Positions 48,135 to 58,606 of a DNA stretch of 64,000 bases are shown here, piece after piece. Where the stretch lies: NCBI GenBank assembly GCA_041750285.1, contig JBGSZS010000007.1:96001-160000 (forward strand). Direction: 5' to 3'. Numbering within the stretch: the first letter of the stretch is position 1; each line of letters opens with the position of its first letter. The notes under the pieces are model-generated. The model was not told the DNA's origin and ran no database searches. It saw only the letters and a program-made list of their open reading frames with translations. This DNA comes from Candidatus Fermentibacteraceae bacterium. Lineage in GTDB: Bacteria > Fermentibacterota > Fermentibacteria > Fermentibacterales > JCC-6. A program made the position numbers and the translations under genes.

Positions 48135-49331
48135 TTGTCGGGAAGGGGGATTCATTTGCGCGGAATAGGGGTGGTGGAGGGTTTTTACGGAAAGCCCTAT
48201 ACGGTTGCGATGCGGCACGGCATCTTCCGTGCCCTGTCCGGTTGTGCCGAGCCGGTCTACCTTTACGCGCCAAAGGATGATCCCTTTCATCGCCGGGAGT
48301 GGAGGAAGCCGTACCCTTCCCGGAACTGGAGCGAGATCGAGGCGTCCATCTCACTGGCCTCCGAAACCGGAATAACGTTCTACTTCGGCCTGAGTCCCTG
48401 GAAGTTCGACATGGGTGAGTACGGTCTGGCCCGGGACAAGCTCTGCTCGGCAGCGGAAGCCGGAGCATCGGGCCTCTGCATCCTGTTCGACGACATACCC
48501 CAGGCCGCCTCTGCCGAACTGGCGGACATGCAGCTGACATTTGCCGAACGGGCCCTGTCGGGCCTCGACCTTCCGGTGATGCTTTGCCCCACGGTGTACT
48601 GCAGTGAGTTCCTCCGCGGGAATCCCGGAGCCTCAGCGTACCTCGAGTCCTGGAAGAAGGCTTTCGATACGCTGCAGGATGTCCTGTGGACAGGTGACGA
48701 AGTCGTGAGCCGGGAAATCGGCGACCTCGGCGAAGCATGCAGGCTTCTCGGGAAGGCCCCCGTGATATGGGACAACCTTCTTGCCGACGACTACTGCCTG
48801 AGAAGGGTTTACCTGGGTTCATTGAACGGTCGTGTGCCCACAGGGACACCGGTCCTTCTGAACCCCTCCCGCATCTTTCCCGTAGCCCTTCACGGAGTCA
48901 TGGAACTCGTGGCCGCCTCCACCGGAAGGCGCGAGTGGCCTGCCGAACTGGGTCCCCGGCTTCGGGGATGGGAGCTTCTTCGTGACTTCAACTACACACC
49001 CTGGAATCTCACCGGCACCGGGGAAGGGAAGCTGGGGATGATCGGGGAAGCCCTCTCGGGAGGTGAGACCGGCCCCTGCCTTGAGTGGCTTGAACCCGCT
49101 CTGTCCGACATGGAGGAATTGGCGGACTCGGTGGGTTCAATACCCGGAGGCTGGGACCTGTATCCTTTCGTAAGGGACATGTGGAGAACGCTTTCCATCC
49201 TGCGGAAGTCCCTGTCACAGGACGGACCCTCTGCCCGAAGCGCCATGCTTCACTATCTTATGCACCGGAGGCTTCCCTACGAGAACCCACTGGCCGCAAT
49301 TGCGGCCCATCCGCTGGAGGATCGGGCTTGA
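48135..49331 (+). CDS. GH84 beta-N-acetylglucosaminidase (O-GlcNAcase-like) catalytic domain
   Basis: GVVEGFYGKP, YLYAPKDDPFHR, ILFDDI, CPTVY, WTG, IWDN. Confidence 0.8.
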   Translation: MSGRGIHLRGIGVVEGFYGKPYTVAMRHGIFRALSGCAEPVYLYAPKDDPFHRREWRKPYPSRNWSEIEASISLASETGITFYFGLSPWKFDMGEYGLARDKLCSAAEAGASGLCILFDDIPQAASAELADMQLTFAERALSGLDLPVMLCPTVYCSEFLRGNPGASAYLESWKKAFDTLQDVLWTGDEVVSREIGDLGEACRLLGKAPVIWDNLLADDYCLRRVYLGSLNGRVPTGTPVLLNPSRIFPVALHGVMELVAASTGRREWPAELGPRLRGWELLRDFNYTPWNLTGTGEGKLGMIGEALSGGETGPCLEWLEPALSDMEELADSVGSIPGGWDLYPFVRDMWRTLSILRKSLSQDGPSARSAMLHYLMHRRLPYENPLAAIAAHPLEDRA

Positions 49332-50599
49332 GCTTGAAAGTGATACTTGCCGGTTTCAACACCGACCGAGAGAATCCCGCTTCCACCCCCGAAACCCTGA
49401 GCGCCGCCTACGCCAGGATCAGCCGCGACCCTTCACCGGTCAACGAACTGCGGGCCATGTCCGCCAGGGAGGTTGAAACCGCCAGGGAATCCAACAGGCG
49501 AATCGTCTTCGACTACGGTCACGGCTCCGTGGCTGAGCACGCCGTCTTCAACCTGGATGTGCTGGGTGTTTCCCGGCTTGCCGTCGAAGCCCTGCAGTCG
49601 TTCAGGCTGGCCAGCTTTACGGAGAAGTCGCAAAGGTACATCAGGATAGGCGAGGACTGGCATCTGCCCTCCGGGATCGTTGACAGGGAATCCTGTACGT
49701 CCGTCGTCAGTGAGCTGTTCGATTCCTACGACAAACTTCTGAAGGACCTTGCGCGAGCCGGATTCGACAGGGGCACGGCAAGGGAGGATGCCAGGTACCT
49801 GCTTCCCCTGGCGGCCACGAGTCAGATGGGCATGACGGTGAACGCGCGTGAGCTTGAACACATGATCCGCAGATTGAGGGCGCATCCACTCGAGGAGGTC
49901 CGGGCGCTTGCCGATGCGCTGTTTGCAGCGGTGGAACCCGTCGCACCCTCACTGATGCTCTTCACGACTCCGTCGGCCATGGATGGCATCGCCCACCTGC
50001 AGCCGGCCCCCGTACCCGGATCGAAGGAAGTGGAGCTTCTTCATTGCGACGGCGACGAGAGGGTTGCGGCATGGCTCGGGAGGATCTTCGGGCAACACGA
50101 CCCCCGCCGGCTTTTTGAAATGGCCTACGGGAACCTTGGTGTTCACGACGCTCTTCCGAGGGCCTGGGAGCTCTTCCGGGCCGACTTTTCCATCACCCTT
50201 TCTGCGACGGCCTACGCACAGATGAAAAGGCACAGGATGTGCACGCAGCTCGTGTCTGCATACGATACCAGGCTCGGTTTCACGATTCCTCCCTCGGTCC
50301 GGGAGGCCGGTTTCGAGGGATTCTTCACCAAAGCCGTCAAGTCAGCCGGGGACGCCGCGGACCGCCTTGGAACGCACTACCTTCTCACCAACGCCCACCG
50401 GCGTCAGATCATGCTCTCAATGAACGGAAGGGAATTCCATCACTTCTGCAGGCTCAGGGATGATGCCCACGCCCAGTGGGACATCAGGGGACTGGCCGGG
50501 GAGATGCTTTCACTGGCCTCGCGAAGGGCACCGCAGACCCTCGCCATGACCTGCGGCAAATCAAGGTGGACCGAGGTCAGCGGAAAACCTGTTACATGA
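49328..50599 (+). CDS. thyX: FAD-dependent thymidylate synthase, tandem-domain form
   Basis: GHGSVAEH, SFTEKSQRY, EDARYLLP, NARELEH; second domain KRHR, NGREFHHF...HAQWDIR. Confidence 0.8.
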   Translation: MSLKVILAGFNTDRENPASTPETLSAAYARISRDPSPVNELRAMSAREVETARESNRRIVFDYGHGSVAEHAVFNLDVLGVSRLAVEALQSFRLASFTEKSQRYIRIGEDWHLPSGIVDRESCTSVVSELFDSYDKLLKDLARAGFDRGTAREDARYLLPLAATSQMGMTVNARELEHMIRRLRAHPLEEVRALADALFAAVEPVAPSLMLFTTPSAMDGIAHLQPAPVPGSKEVELLHCDGDERVAAWLGRIFGQHDPRRLFEMAYGNLGVHDALPRAWELFRADFSITLSATAYAQMKRHRMCTQLVSAYDTRLGFTIPPSVREAGFEGFFTKAVKSAGDAADRLGTHYLLTNAHRRQIMLSMNGREFHHFCRLRDDAHAQWDIRGLAGEMLSLASRRAPQTLAMTCGKSRWTEVSGKPVT

Positions 50600-50647
50600 A
50601 CGGCGGATGCCGCCGGGCTGGGCCATGCCCCCCGGTTGCCGGCAGTG

Positions 50648-52609
50648 TCACGAGTCCCCGGCCGTTTCCCCTGGCATAGTAAGTTCTTCGGGTACAACGA
50701 TGCTTGTAGCGGGTACTTCCCGGGTGTCGACGGACAGACCTTCCATCGTGTGCCAGGGCCCCGGCTTCGAATCAGCGGCCCTTACCCTGATGGAGAGATT
50801 CTCGTGGTATGACTGCCCGAGATCGCCTTCAGAGTTCCACTGAAAAGCTTCTCCGTAAAACCAGGGTGAGATCTCCAGCGTGGTTCCCCTCAGGTGCATG
50901 GTCTGCCATGAGCTCCCGCCGTCGGTGGAGTACTGGGCCTGGATCTGGATGATGTCTTCCTCGGGGTCTTCGACGGAGTATGTGAATGTGAAGAGTCCCT
51001 CCTCGTCGATATCGGGAGGGTCAAGGAGGATCGTTGGGGGTATGTTGTTGTCCACCTGGAATATCCTGGAGATTCCGCACTCCCCCGATCCACCCTGAAA
51101 GACCGGTATGACCCTTACCGCGACCTGTCTCTCATTGCCGTGCGGGATATCCAGATCGGTGTGCCAGACAAGCATTCCGGGATTGCGCGTGAAGCTTCGG
51201 GTCTCGACCCAGGAATAGCCGGCATCGAGCGAGTAGAAAAGGCGGAGGCTGGATACGGATGCCGGGGTTACGCTGAAGGGGATCGTGACATCACCGGAGA
51301 CCCTTGTCGCGATCTCCCCGATGGTGACCACAGGGGAGTTGGAACCGCCGTAGCCGCCTGAGTTCGCGGGGTCGGCGAGGGGCAGAGGCCAAAGACCCAC
51401 TGCAGTTTGTGGAGAATGGAGGGAGTACGCGGCGAGGCTCCCTCCGCGCCCGAGGACCACAAGTTCACCCAGGCCGTCACCGTCAAGGTCTCCCGCAACC
51501 GGTGAACATGCCACACCGCCGGGGTGCTGGAATGGAAAACCGTTCATAGACTCGCCTTCCGCGTTCCAGGCGTGAATCATTCCCCCCTCGGTTGCTGCAA
51601 GGACCGCGATGCCTGACTGCGTGGCGATCACGATGGGCTGAAAGGCCGCCGACTCGGTCTTGACCGGCCAGCGCCAGCTTTCGGCAAGGCTTCCATCCCC
51701 GTTGACAAGGTACACCAGGCTGTCAACAGTGGAAAGGGCCGCCTGGGGAGAGGAAGCGGCTGGGTTTATCATTCCGACCGCAACCGAGCCCCACACCGGC
51801 CTGTCGCTGAGGTAATAGGGCCATCCATCCTGCTGTCTGCCGTTGACGCTGAAGAGGTTGAACCTTCTGTTCTGGCAGGCGAAGATAATGTCAGCCTGAC
51901 CGTTGGAGTTCAGATCACCCGACACGGGATTGCTGCCAACCGGAAGTGGCAGTGTAATGGGCCATCCGGGAAGTGGAGCACCCCCGAAATCAAGAACCGT
52001 GAGAACCGAACTGCTGAGGGCACATACAAGCCCCTTGCCGGTTTCGCCCCCAAGACTGACCTGCGTGGGCTGCCAGAGCAGTTGTGAAGAAAGGTCTACG
52101 GGCCAGCCCGGCACAAGCCCGCCGTCGGTTCTGATCAGCCATACCAGGCCATCGCTGGTTCCGAAGGCGATCTCGTACGCATCGTCGCAGTTCAGATCGA
52201 CGATCGACACTCCCGTGACGATGCTTGAACCGGTGTTAACAGGCCAGCCCGGTGCTTCGTTCCCGTTGAGGTAGGCAAGGTGGGCGAAGCCGGCATTGTC
52301 CGCATAGGCAATGAGGGTGGTTCCGTTGGCGGCCCTTGCCGCGGCTGGACGCCAGATAACGCCGGCACCAGAGGAAAGAGGAAAACCTGGCAGGGTGACT
52401 CCGCCGTTCGACCAGCCACCCAGGCCGGAGTTGCCGAGGGGTATGAGAATGCACTGTCCCCCGGTGCCGTCGGGCACCAATTGCGGACCCACCCTGGGAG
52501 TGGTGTTCAGCTGTATCTCCCATTCGGGAGAGATACTGCTCAGGGCCAGAAAAAGAATAGTAAAAACCACTGCAGTCAGTACCTGCTCTCTTAGTCCTTC
52601 AGCATTCAT
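50648..52609 (-). CDS. Exported FG-GAP/VCBS-repeat protein
   Basis: Repeated PGWPV / GDLxxDG units; YSxDGGxSW boxes; start uncertain. Confidence 0.7.
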   Translation of the reverse strand: MNAEGLREQVLTAVVFTILFLALSSISPEWEIQLNTTPRVGPQLVPDGTGGQCILIPLGNSGLGGWSNGGVTLPGFPLSSGAGVIWRPAAARAANGTTLIAYADNAGFAHLAYLNGNEAPGWPVNTGSSIVTGVSIVDLNCDDAYEIAFGTSDGLVWLIRTDGGLVPGWPVDLSSQLLWQPTQVSLGGETGKGLVCALSSSVLTVLDFGGAPLPGWPITLPLPVGSNPVSGDLNSNGQADIIFACQNRRFNLFSVNGRQQDGWPYYLSDRPVWGSVAVGMINPAASSPQAALSTVDSLVYLVNGDGSLAESWRWPVKTESAAFQPIVIATQSGIAVLAATEGGMIHAWNAEGESMNGFPFQHPGGVACSPVAGDLDGDGLGELVVLGRGGSLAAYSLHSPQTAVGLWPLPLADPANSGGYGGSNSPVVTIGEIATRVSGDVTIPFSVTPASVSSLRLFYSLDAGYSWVETRSFTRNPGMLVWHTDLDIPHGNERQVAVRVIPVFQGGSGECGISRIFQVDNNIPPTILLDPPDIDEEGLFTFTYSVEDPEEDIIQIQAQYSTDGGSSWQTMHLRGTTLEISPWFYGEAFQWNSEGDLGQSYHENLSIRVRAADSKPGPWHTMEGLSVDTREVPATSIVVPEELTMPGETAGDS

Positions 52610-52792
52610 TTGGGCAAAAACCGGTGCCCGAAGAATAAAACCAGTATCCCTTCCGGTCAAATACGTTCCATATGGTTGACCGGGGAACAATCCTTACCGA
52701 TATTTACTATCAACACATCAAAGCGAATGCTAGCTTTTCTGATGATTGGGCAAGCCTAACTTACCTGGTCTGGAGGGGCCGGAAGGAGTCAT

Positions 52793-53770
52793 ATGCGGCT
52801 TACATTGCTGTTCCTGCCGGTCGTGGCATTGATGCTTCAGGCAGCTTCGGTTCCGTTCGCCTACGAGGGGGTCCTCAACTCCCCCAATGCTTACATTCTC
52901 CAGCACACCGAGATCGGTGTCGGTTTCGGAGCCACGACTTTCAGCATGGAGGATTCGACAGGCACCGCACAGAGCGAGATCATAACGGCAGGACACATCA
53001 ATTTCGGCATACTCGGCTACGGTCAGATCGGCATGTCGTACCTTGGCGACGGCGGTCTGGTTGCCAACCTGAAGGTCATGGTCCTCCGGGAGGGTATCGA
53101 CGTTCCGGCCTTTGCCATTGGCTGCGAGAACATGTTCGCGCCCGAGAGGGTCGACGTGTATCAGGACGACCCGGGAGTTCCGGATTCCACAGGTTTCATC
53201 ACGGGGCTCTGGGATGAAGAGGGATTCTACAACTACGACCATGCCCAGAACTGGTCCGCGTACGGTGTGGCATCGAAGAGCATGCGTTACCTTCTGGGCA
53301 TTCCGGTCACCGTGAGCCTGGGCATCGGTGTGGGCCGTTTCGTGGGGGTCATCGAAGACGGCGGGGCCATGAACATCGGAAGCGCCGTAGCCCACGGTCT
53401 TTTCGGCTCGATCGTCTGGGATCCCAGCAGCAAGGTTTCCATCGCGATTGAGCAGGACGGAAAGGATTTCAACCTGGGTTTCTCCTACGACATCAATCGT
53501 TACGTAACCCTGAATCTTGCCGCTGCCGAGTTCGAGATGGCAATGTTTCCGCCCGAGGGGCAGAATTTCCAGGATCCCTGCCAGAACCCCAAGTTCACGA
53601 TTGCGGTTTCATCAAGGATCGGACCCTTGGTGGGAGGTGGCAGCGAGCTTGAAAGGGAGCAGCAGCGCATTGCCAGAGCCAGGGCAAGGCTTGAAGAGCT
53701 CGAGGCCAGGAGAAGGGCCGCCGAGGCAGAGCTCCAGAGACTCCGTGATCTTCTCGACGAGAGCAGGTAG
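52793..53770 (+). CDS. YjbH-like outer-membrane beta-strand protein with coiled-coil tail
   Basis: Signal peptide; LNSPNAYIL, PAFAIG, alternating beta-strand pattern. Confidence 0.55.
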   Translation: MRLTLLFLPVVALMLQAASVPFAYEGVLNSPNAYILQHTEIGVGFGATTFSMEDSTGTAQSEIITAGHINFGILGYGQIGMSYLGDGGLVANLKVMVLREGIDVPAFAIGCENMFAPERVDVYQDDPGVPDSTGFITGLWDEEGFYNYDHAQNWSAYGVASKSMRYLLGIPVTVSLGIGVGRFVGVIEDGGAMNIGSAVAHGLFGSIVWDPSSKVSIAIEQDGKDFNLGFSYDINRYVTLNLAAAEFEMAMFPPEGQNFQDPCQNPKFTIAVSSRIGPLVGGGSELEREQQRIARARARLEELEARRRAAEAELQRLRDLLDESR

Positions 53771-53778
53771 GTTCGGGC

Positions 53779-56700
53779 ATGGCCTTTTTCCGCATGCACA
53801 TCTTTCTTCTTGTTGTCTCGGCCGTTCTCGGTTGTCTTCCACTGACCGCGTCGGCCCAGCCCCCGGCGGAGGTCTCCCCTGAAACCGCCCTCCAGTTGCA
53901 GCGGGCACAGGAGGAGATCAGACAGCTCGAGGTTCAGATAGCCCAGGAGGAAGAGCGGCTTAGCCGTATCGAGAACGAGCTTCTTGACCTCAGGCGCCAG
54001 AGGGCGATGCTGGCAAGCGCCCAATCGGCATTCGAGCTGGGGGAGGAACTTTACACATCGGGGTCCATCGTCTGGGCGAGAGACGCGTTCGAAGCTGTCA
54101 TAAACAATTTCAGCCGCTCCGAGTTCACCGATCCCTCATACTTCCGGCTGCAGCTGATCGCCTTTGAACTGCAGGATTTCGATGCGGCGCTGAGCTACCA
54201 CGATCAGCTCGTGTCTTCCGCTCCCGGGTTCGAATTCATGGAGATGAGCCTGATCGTGGCGGGGCTTTCCGAGTACAACCTGGGAAGGTTTCCGCAAGCC
54301 CGGACCAAGTTCGCCCGGATCATCCCGACAGGGTCCAACGGTCCCCTTGCGACCTACCTGTCAGCCGTTGCCCTGGTTGCCGAGGGGGACAACGCCGGCG
54401 CCATGGTTCAGCTTCAGACCGTCATAGACAACGCCGGCCGTCAGAATGCAGCCATCGCCGAGAGGGCAAGGATCGCCATTGCCCAGATACTTGTCGAGGA
54501 GGGCAACTACGACGAGGCAGTAAGGCAGTACTCAAGGGTTTCCCCATTCAGCGCCTACTACGATGTCGCCATGTTGGGCAAGGTCTGGACCCTGATGCGC
54601 CAGGAGAAGTACCAGGAAGCCTTCTCACTGGCTGACCGTGTCATCGAGGAGGTTCCGGGTTCCGAACTCAGAAGCGAGTTCGAACTGGCGATGGCCAACT
54701 GCGCGCTTGGCGCGCAGGACATCGACATCGCGGTCGGCCGCTACCGGGAACTCATGAACCAGTACCGCCAGACCGATGAGCAGTACGACAGATTCCTCGG
54801 CATCGACAGCGATCAGATGCAGCAGTACCAGGCCGAACGCGAGCGCCTGGAGCGCACGCGTATCGGACTCGCCGAAATGAAGGAAGAGGCCTATGTCCAG
54901 GGAGACATGGAACTGGTGGCCGTCATTGAATCCGAAGAGGCCTCCATCCGGGACCTTCTGATCGAGATAAGCACCATGGAGGCCGCTCTGTCCATGCCAT
55001 CCTCCATGGACACCGAGACCATGCGCCAGGAACTGAACCGCCTTATCGCCTCCTCCAGGGCCAACACCGAGATACTCGCACTTTCCGTGAACGAGGCCAT
55101 GGGCGTGGCTGCCTTCTCCGGCACCGAGGCCGACAGGCAGAACCTCGGGCAGCTCGAGGGCGAGGTCAGCCGTATCCGGCTTGCCCTTCAGGACCTGGCC
55201 AGCAAGATGGAGTCGGGCATGGCCGGCGATCACGACTGGATTCAGGAAACCCAGTACGGCATAGCCATTGCCACCTTCATTGAGCGGGAGCTCAAGCGGG
55301 ATTCCCTCAACTACCTGGGATCCTATTACCAGGCCAGGATCGAAGACGCCTACGCTGAGGGGGATTCGTCCAGAGCTGCGGCTCTGGGAGACCAGAGACG
55401 CCAGGAGACCACCGCGATCCAGCAGCGGATAGACGCCAAGGCTGTCGAGTGCGCGAACTATTTCGAGGAGTACCTTGCGATGTTCCCCGAAAGCAGGTTC
55501 ACGGCCGACATCCTTGTCCGGCTTGCCCAGCTCTACTACGACATAGACAAGAACACGTATCTGGACAGGATCGCTGCCTCGGGCGGCGAATTCGTCCCTA
55601 TGGACTACAGCCGCACCATCGACCTTTACCAGCGGGTGCTGAACCAGTATCCCGAGAGTGAGGTCGAAGATGTGGCCCTCTACTCCCTGGGATATGCCCT
55701 GAGCGAGATGGGTGACCTTCCGGGAGCAATAGCCAGCTACCGCAGGCTGCTGGCACAGTACCCCCAGAGCCCGCTGGCCGCGGAAACCTACGTCAGGGCG
55801 GGTGACCACTACTTCGACAGCTTTGTTTTCGACAGCGCACTCACCTACTACGATCGGGTCCTTGACCACCCTGAAGCCAACTCGACGGTCTACCAATTCG
55901 GCCTCTACAAACTGGGATGGACTCACTATCTCCTGAACAACTACACCTCGTCCATCGCTGTTTTCGCATACCTGATCCAGGACACGGAGAAGATGGAGGA
56001 GTTCGGTCTGGGAAGGGGCTCGGCCATGGCGGACGAAGCCATGGAGTACATAGCCCACAGTTTCATGGAGCAACCCGGAGGGGCTTCCGTCCAGCTCGCA
56101 TCGAATTTCCTCGACGCATTCAACCGGCCCCATGTGACAGCTTCCGTCCTCAAGAGAATGGGTGACTTCTACATCGAGCAGGGTTACTGGCCCGAGGCGA
56201 TTCAGTCCTACACGGCTCTTCTCAGCAGGGATCCCTTCAGCTCTGAAGCACCGTTCATACAGGCAAGGATAGCCGCCGCCCACGAGGGCGCCGGCGATAT
56301 GCAGCTTGCCGTTCAGGCCCGTGAAACCCTTGTGGAAAGGTACGGCAGCAGCGGCGACTGGGCGATGCAGATGGGCGACTCTTCACAGTTCGCCCAGGTT
56401 GACTCAATAAGGGCGGCAGCGCTCGAACAGGCCATCAACTACCATCTGTCGACGTCGGCACAGATACCCGAGGGTCAGGCCGGCAGGAACGAGCACTATC
56501 AGAACCTCATCTCAAGGCTGCAGACCTACCTTGCCGAGTATGGTGACAGAAGGGTGGCCTACGACTACACGTTCTATCTGGGAGACGCCCACTACGCCAT
56601 TGGCAACTTCCTGATGGCGGGCGACGCATACCTTGAAGTTGCCTACGACAGCTCCAGCACCCAGAAGCAGGAGACGGCCCTTGGCAACGCATTCACATCA

Positions 56701-58143
56701 TACTTCAGCGCCTACACCCAGGGCGCCGTACCTGACAGCGCAGCCCTCAGGGACAAGCTCAAGGAGACGGCGTATTTCTACACACGGAACTACCCGGCGG
56801 GTGAGTATGCCGACCAGTTCCTCTTCGCGACGGCCGGCAGCTACTACAACGCAAACGACTACGTGAACGCAAGGGAAGTGTATTCCCGGATCTACAACGA
56901 GTATCCCAGGTCACAGTACATTGCCCGGTCTGCCCGGTATGTTGCGGCGTCCTACGAAGCCCAGCAGCTGTACAGCGATGCAGAGCTCTGGTACGGAAGG
57001 GCTTCCGATGCCGCTTCGCTCTCGGGAGAGGACCTTGGTGAAGACTTCGACCTTCTGGCCGCAAGCGCCGCCTACCGCGACGCAGAGACACTGGCCGCCA
57101 GCGAGGACGTAGGCACGCTTCTGGCCGCGGCCGCAAGGTTCGAAGAATCCGCGAGGGCCCACCCCGAAACAGACGTGGCGCCGACCGCCCTCTACGACGC
57201 AGGTGAGACCTACGGCAAGGCGGGTGACATAACAAGCGCCATCAGGGTGTTCACCGACCTGGCCAACCGCTATCCCGATAACCCGCTGTCGCCCCAGGGC
57301 CTCCTCAGAGCCGCATTCCTCGCCCGGGAGGCCGAGGACTTCATAAGGGCCGGCGACACCTATCTCGAAGCGTACAACCGCTATCCAACCGCAGAGGGAA
57401 TGGCCAGCGCAATCTACTCTTCTGCGCTGAGCTATGAGGAGGGCGGCAACACCGGCCGCGCCATGGAAGTCTACGACAGGATAATCAGGGAGAGAAGCGG
57501 TTCACCTGAGATCATGATCATCGCCATGGGCAAATACGGAGACTATCTGTACGACAGAATGGACTTTCAGGGTGCGAGACAGATGTACCAGGACTGCATC
57601 AACACGTACGACAGCTACAGGGAGGGTCCCGCCTCCCACCCCGCAAGGGCCGCGTTCAGAATCGGCGAGATGTCGAGAGCCGTTTACGACGCAGTTTCGG
57701 TTGTCAGCACCGAAACGGCAACGCAGAAGACACAGCTCAAGGTCGAGGTGGAGAACTGGTACGCGAAATCCCTTACATACAATGTCGATACATGGTTCAT
57801 GGCATCCTGCGCCAGGGCCGGCGAGCTGTTTGAAGACTACGCAAACGCCATCGCATTCATGCCGCCTCCGCCGGGTCTTGATGAAGCAGCTATAGAGGAG
57901 TTCTACAATCAGCTCTACATCCAGATCTACGAGCCCAACATGCAGAACGCCACAAACGTTTACACAACCGCCATCCAGAAGGCCGTTTCAGCGGGCGTCA
58001 CCAACGAATGGGTCGAGCGCGCCGCCAGGAACCTCGAGCTTATGGCTCCGGGGAGCGTTGCGGCCCTCGGTCTTCCCGGCTATGGCAGCGCACCCGAACC
58101 AACCCCTGAGCAGGTCGCTCCGGAAGGCGGTGGTGGTCAGTGA
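53779..58143 (+). CDS. Giant (1454 aa) exported TPR protein, GltC/GltD(AgmU)-like
   Basis: Signal peptide; many TPR units (ALYSLGY...YP.S, GLYKLGWTHY); C-terminal PPPPGLDE...FY...NEW. Confidence 0.7.
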   Translation: MAFFRMHIFLLVVSAVLGCLPLTASAQPPAEVSPETALQLQRAQEEIRQLEVQIAQEEERLSRIENELLDLRRQRAMLASAQSAFELGEELYTSGSIVWARDAFEAVINNFSRSEFTDPSYFRLQLIAFELQDFDAALSYHDQLVSSAPGFEFMEMSLIVAGLSEYNLGRFPQARTKFARIIPTGSNGPLATYLSAVALVAEGDNAGAMVQLQTVIDNAGRQNAAIAERARIAIAQILVEEGNYDEAVRQYSRVSPFSAYYDVAMLGKVWTLMRQEKYQEAFSLADRVIEEVPGSELRSEFELAMANCALGAQDIDIAVGRYRELMNQYRQTDEQYDRFLGIDSDQMQQYQAERERLERTRIGLAEMKEEAYVQGDMELVAVIESEEASIRDLLIEISTMEAALSMPSSMDTETMRQELNRLIASSRANTEILALSVNEAMGVAAFSGTEADRQNLGQLEGEVSRIRLALQDLASKMESGMAGDHDWIQETQYGIAIATFIERELKRDSLNYLGSYYQARIEDAYAEGDSSRAAALGDQRRQETTAIQQRIDAKAVECANYFEEYLAMFPESRFTADILVRLAQLYYDIDKNTYLDRIAASGGEFVPMDYSRTIDLYQRVLNQYPESEVEDVALYSLGYALSEMGDLPGAIASYRRLLAQYPQSPLAAETYVRAGDHYFDSFVFDSALTYYDRVLDHPEANSTVYQFGLYKLGWTHYLLNNYTSSIAVFAYLIQDTEKMEEFGLGRGSAMADEAMEYIAHSFMEQPGGASVQLASNFLDAFNRPHVTASVLKRMGDFYIEQGYWPEAIQSYTALLSRDPFSSEAPFIQARIAAAHEGAGDMQLAVQARETLVERYGSSGDWAMQMGDSSQFAQVDSIRAAALEQAINYHLSTSAQIPEGQAGRNEHYQNLISRLQTYLAEYGDRRVAYDYTFYLGDAHYAIGNFLMAGDAYLEVAYDSSSTQKQETALGNAFTSYFSAYTQGAVPDSAALRDKLKETAYFYTRNYPAGEYADQFLFATAGSYYNANDYVNAREVYSRIYNEYPRSQYIARSARYVAASYEAQQLYSDAELWYGRASDAASLSGEDLGEDFDLLAASAAYRDAETLAASEDVGTLLAAAARFEESARAHPETDVAPTALYDAGETYGKAGDITSAIRVFTDLANRYPDNPLSPQGLLRAAFLAREAEDFIRAGDTYLEAYNRYPTAEGMASAIYSSALSYEEGGNTGRAMEVYDRIIRERSGSPEIMIIAMGKYGDYLYDRMDFQGARQMYQDCINTYDSYREGPASHPARAAFRIGEMSRAVYDAVSVVSTETATQKTQLKVEVENWYAKSLTYNVDTWFMASCARAGELFEDYANAIAFMPPPPGLDEAAIEEFYNQLYIQIYEPNMQNATNVYTTAIQKAVSAGVTNEWVERAARNLELMAPGSVAALGLPGYGSAPEPTPEQVAPEGGGGQ

Positions 58144-58583
58144 GGTTCTCATACATTGTCCTGCTGCTGCTTTTTGTGCTTCAATCGTTCGGCCAGACCA
58201 CTCCCGGCGGGGCAAGGCTCGAGGGCGGCAGGCTGATCCTCGAGGAGATAACCATCCTTGGTGAGCTCAGAACTCCGCAGGCGCTGTTCCTCATGCTCAA
58301 GTCCACCCCGAACCTCAGCAATGTGCTTCTTGACAGAAGCTTTCTTGAGGACGTCGTCAGACCGATATACCCGGGTGCCTTCGCAACCGAAACGAGCTTC
58401 ATGGTGGATGGCTCACGGGGGCAACCCCTTCCGAAATGGGCCAGGTACGGTTCCGTTGCGGTGCTTGGCGGCCTAAGCGCGTACAGCTATGCTAGCGATA
58501 ATTCCGAGTCGGGCCTGATCTTTGGGGTGATGGCCGGCATGGATCTTTTAGGTAACCTGCTCTACGATTTCATAGGTCAATGA
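58140..58583 (+). CDS. GltF/CglF-like small exported protein
   Basis: LEEITILGELRTPQALF...LDRSFLEDVV resembles the GltF pattern; gene context. Confidence 0.5.
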   Translation: MRFSYIVLLLLFVLQSFGQTTPGGARLEGGRLILEEITILGELRTPQALFLMLKSTPNLSNVLLDRSFLEDVVRPIYPGAFATETSFMVDGSRGQPLPKWARYGSVAVLGGLSAYSYASDNSESGLIFGVMAGMDLLGNLLYDFIGQ

Positions 58584-58606
58584 GCACCTTGAGAGGAGAA
58601 ACCCAG

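Noticed and set aside
50600..50650. TGA followed by CAC TGC at the end of the FG-GAP protein as a possible Sec site
   Set aside because: No redox motif, and extension would run into the convergent thyX; an ordinary stop.
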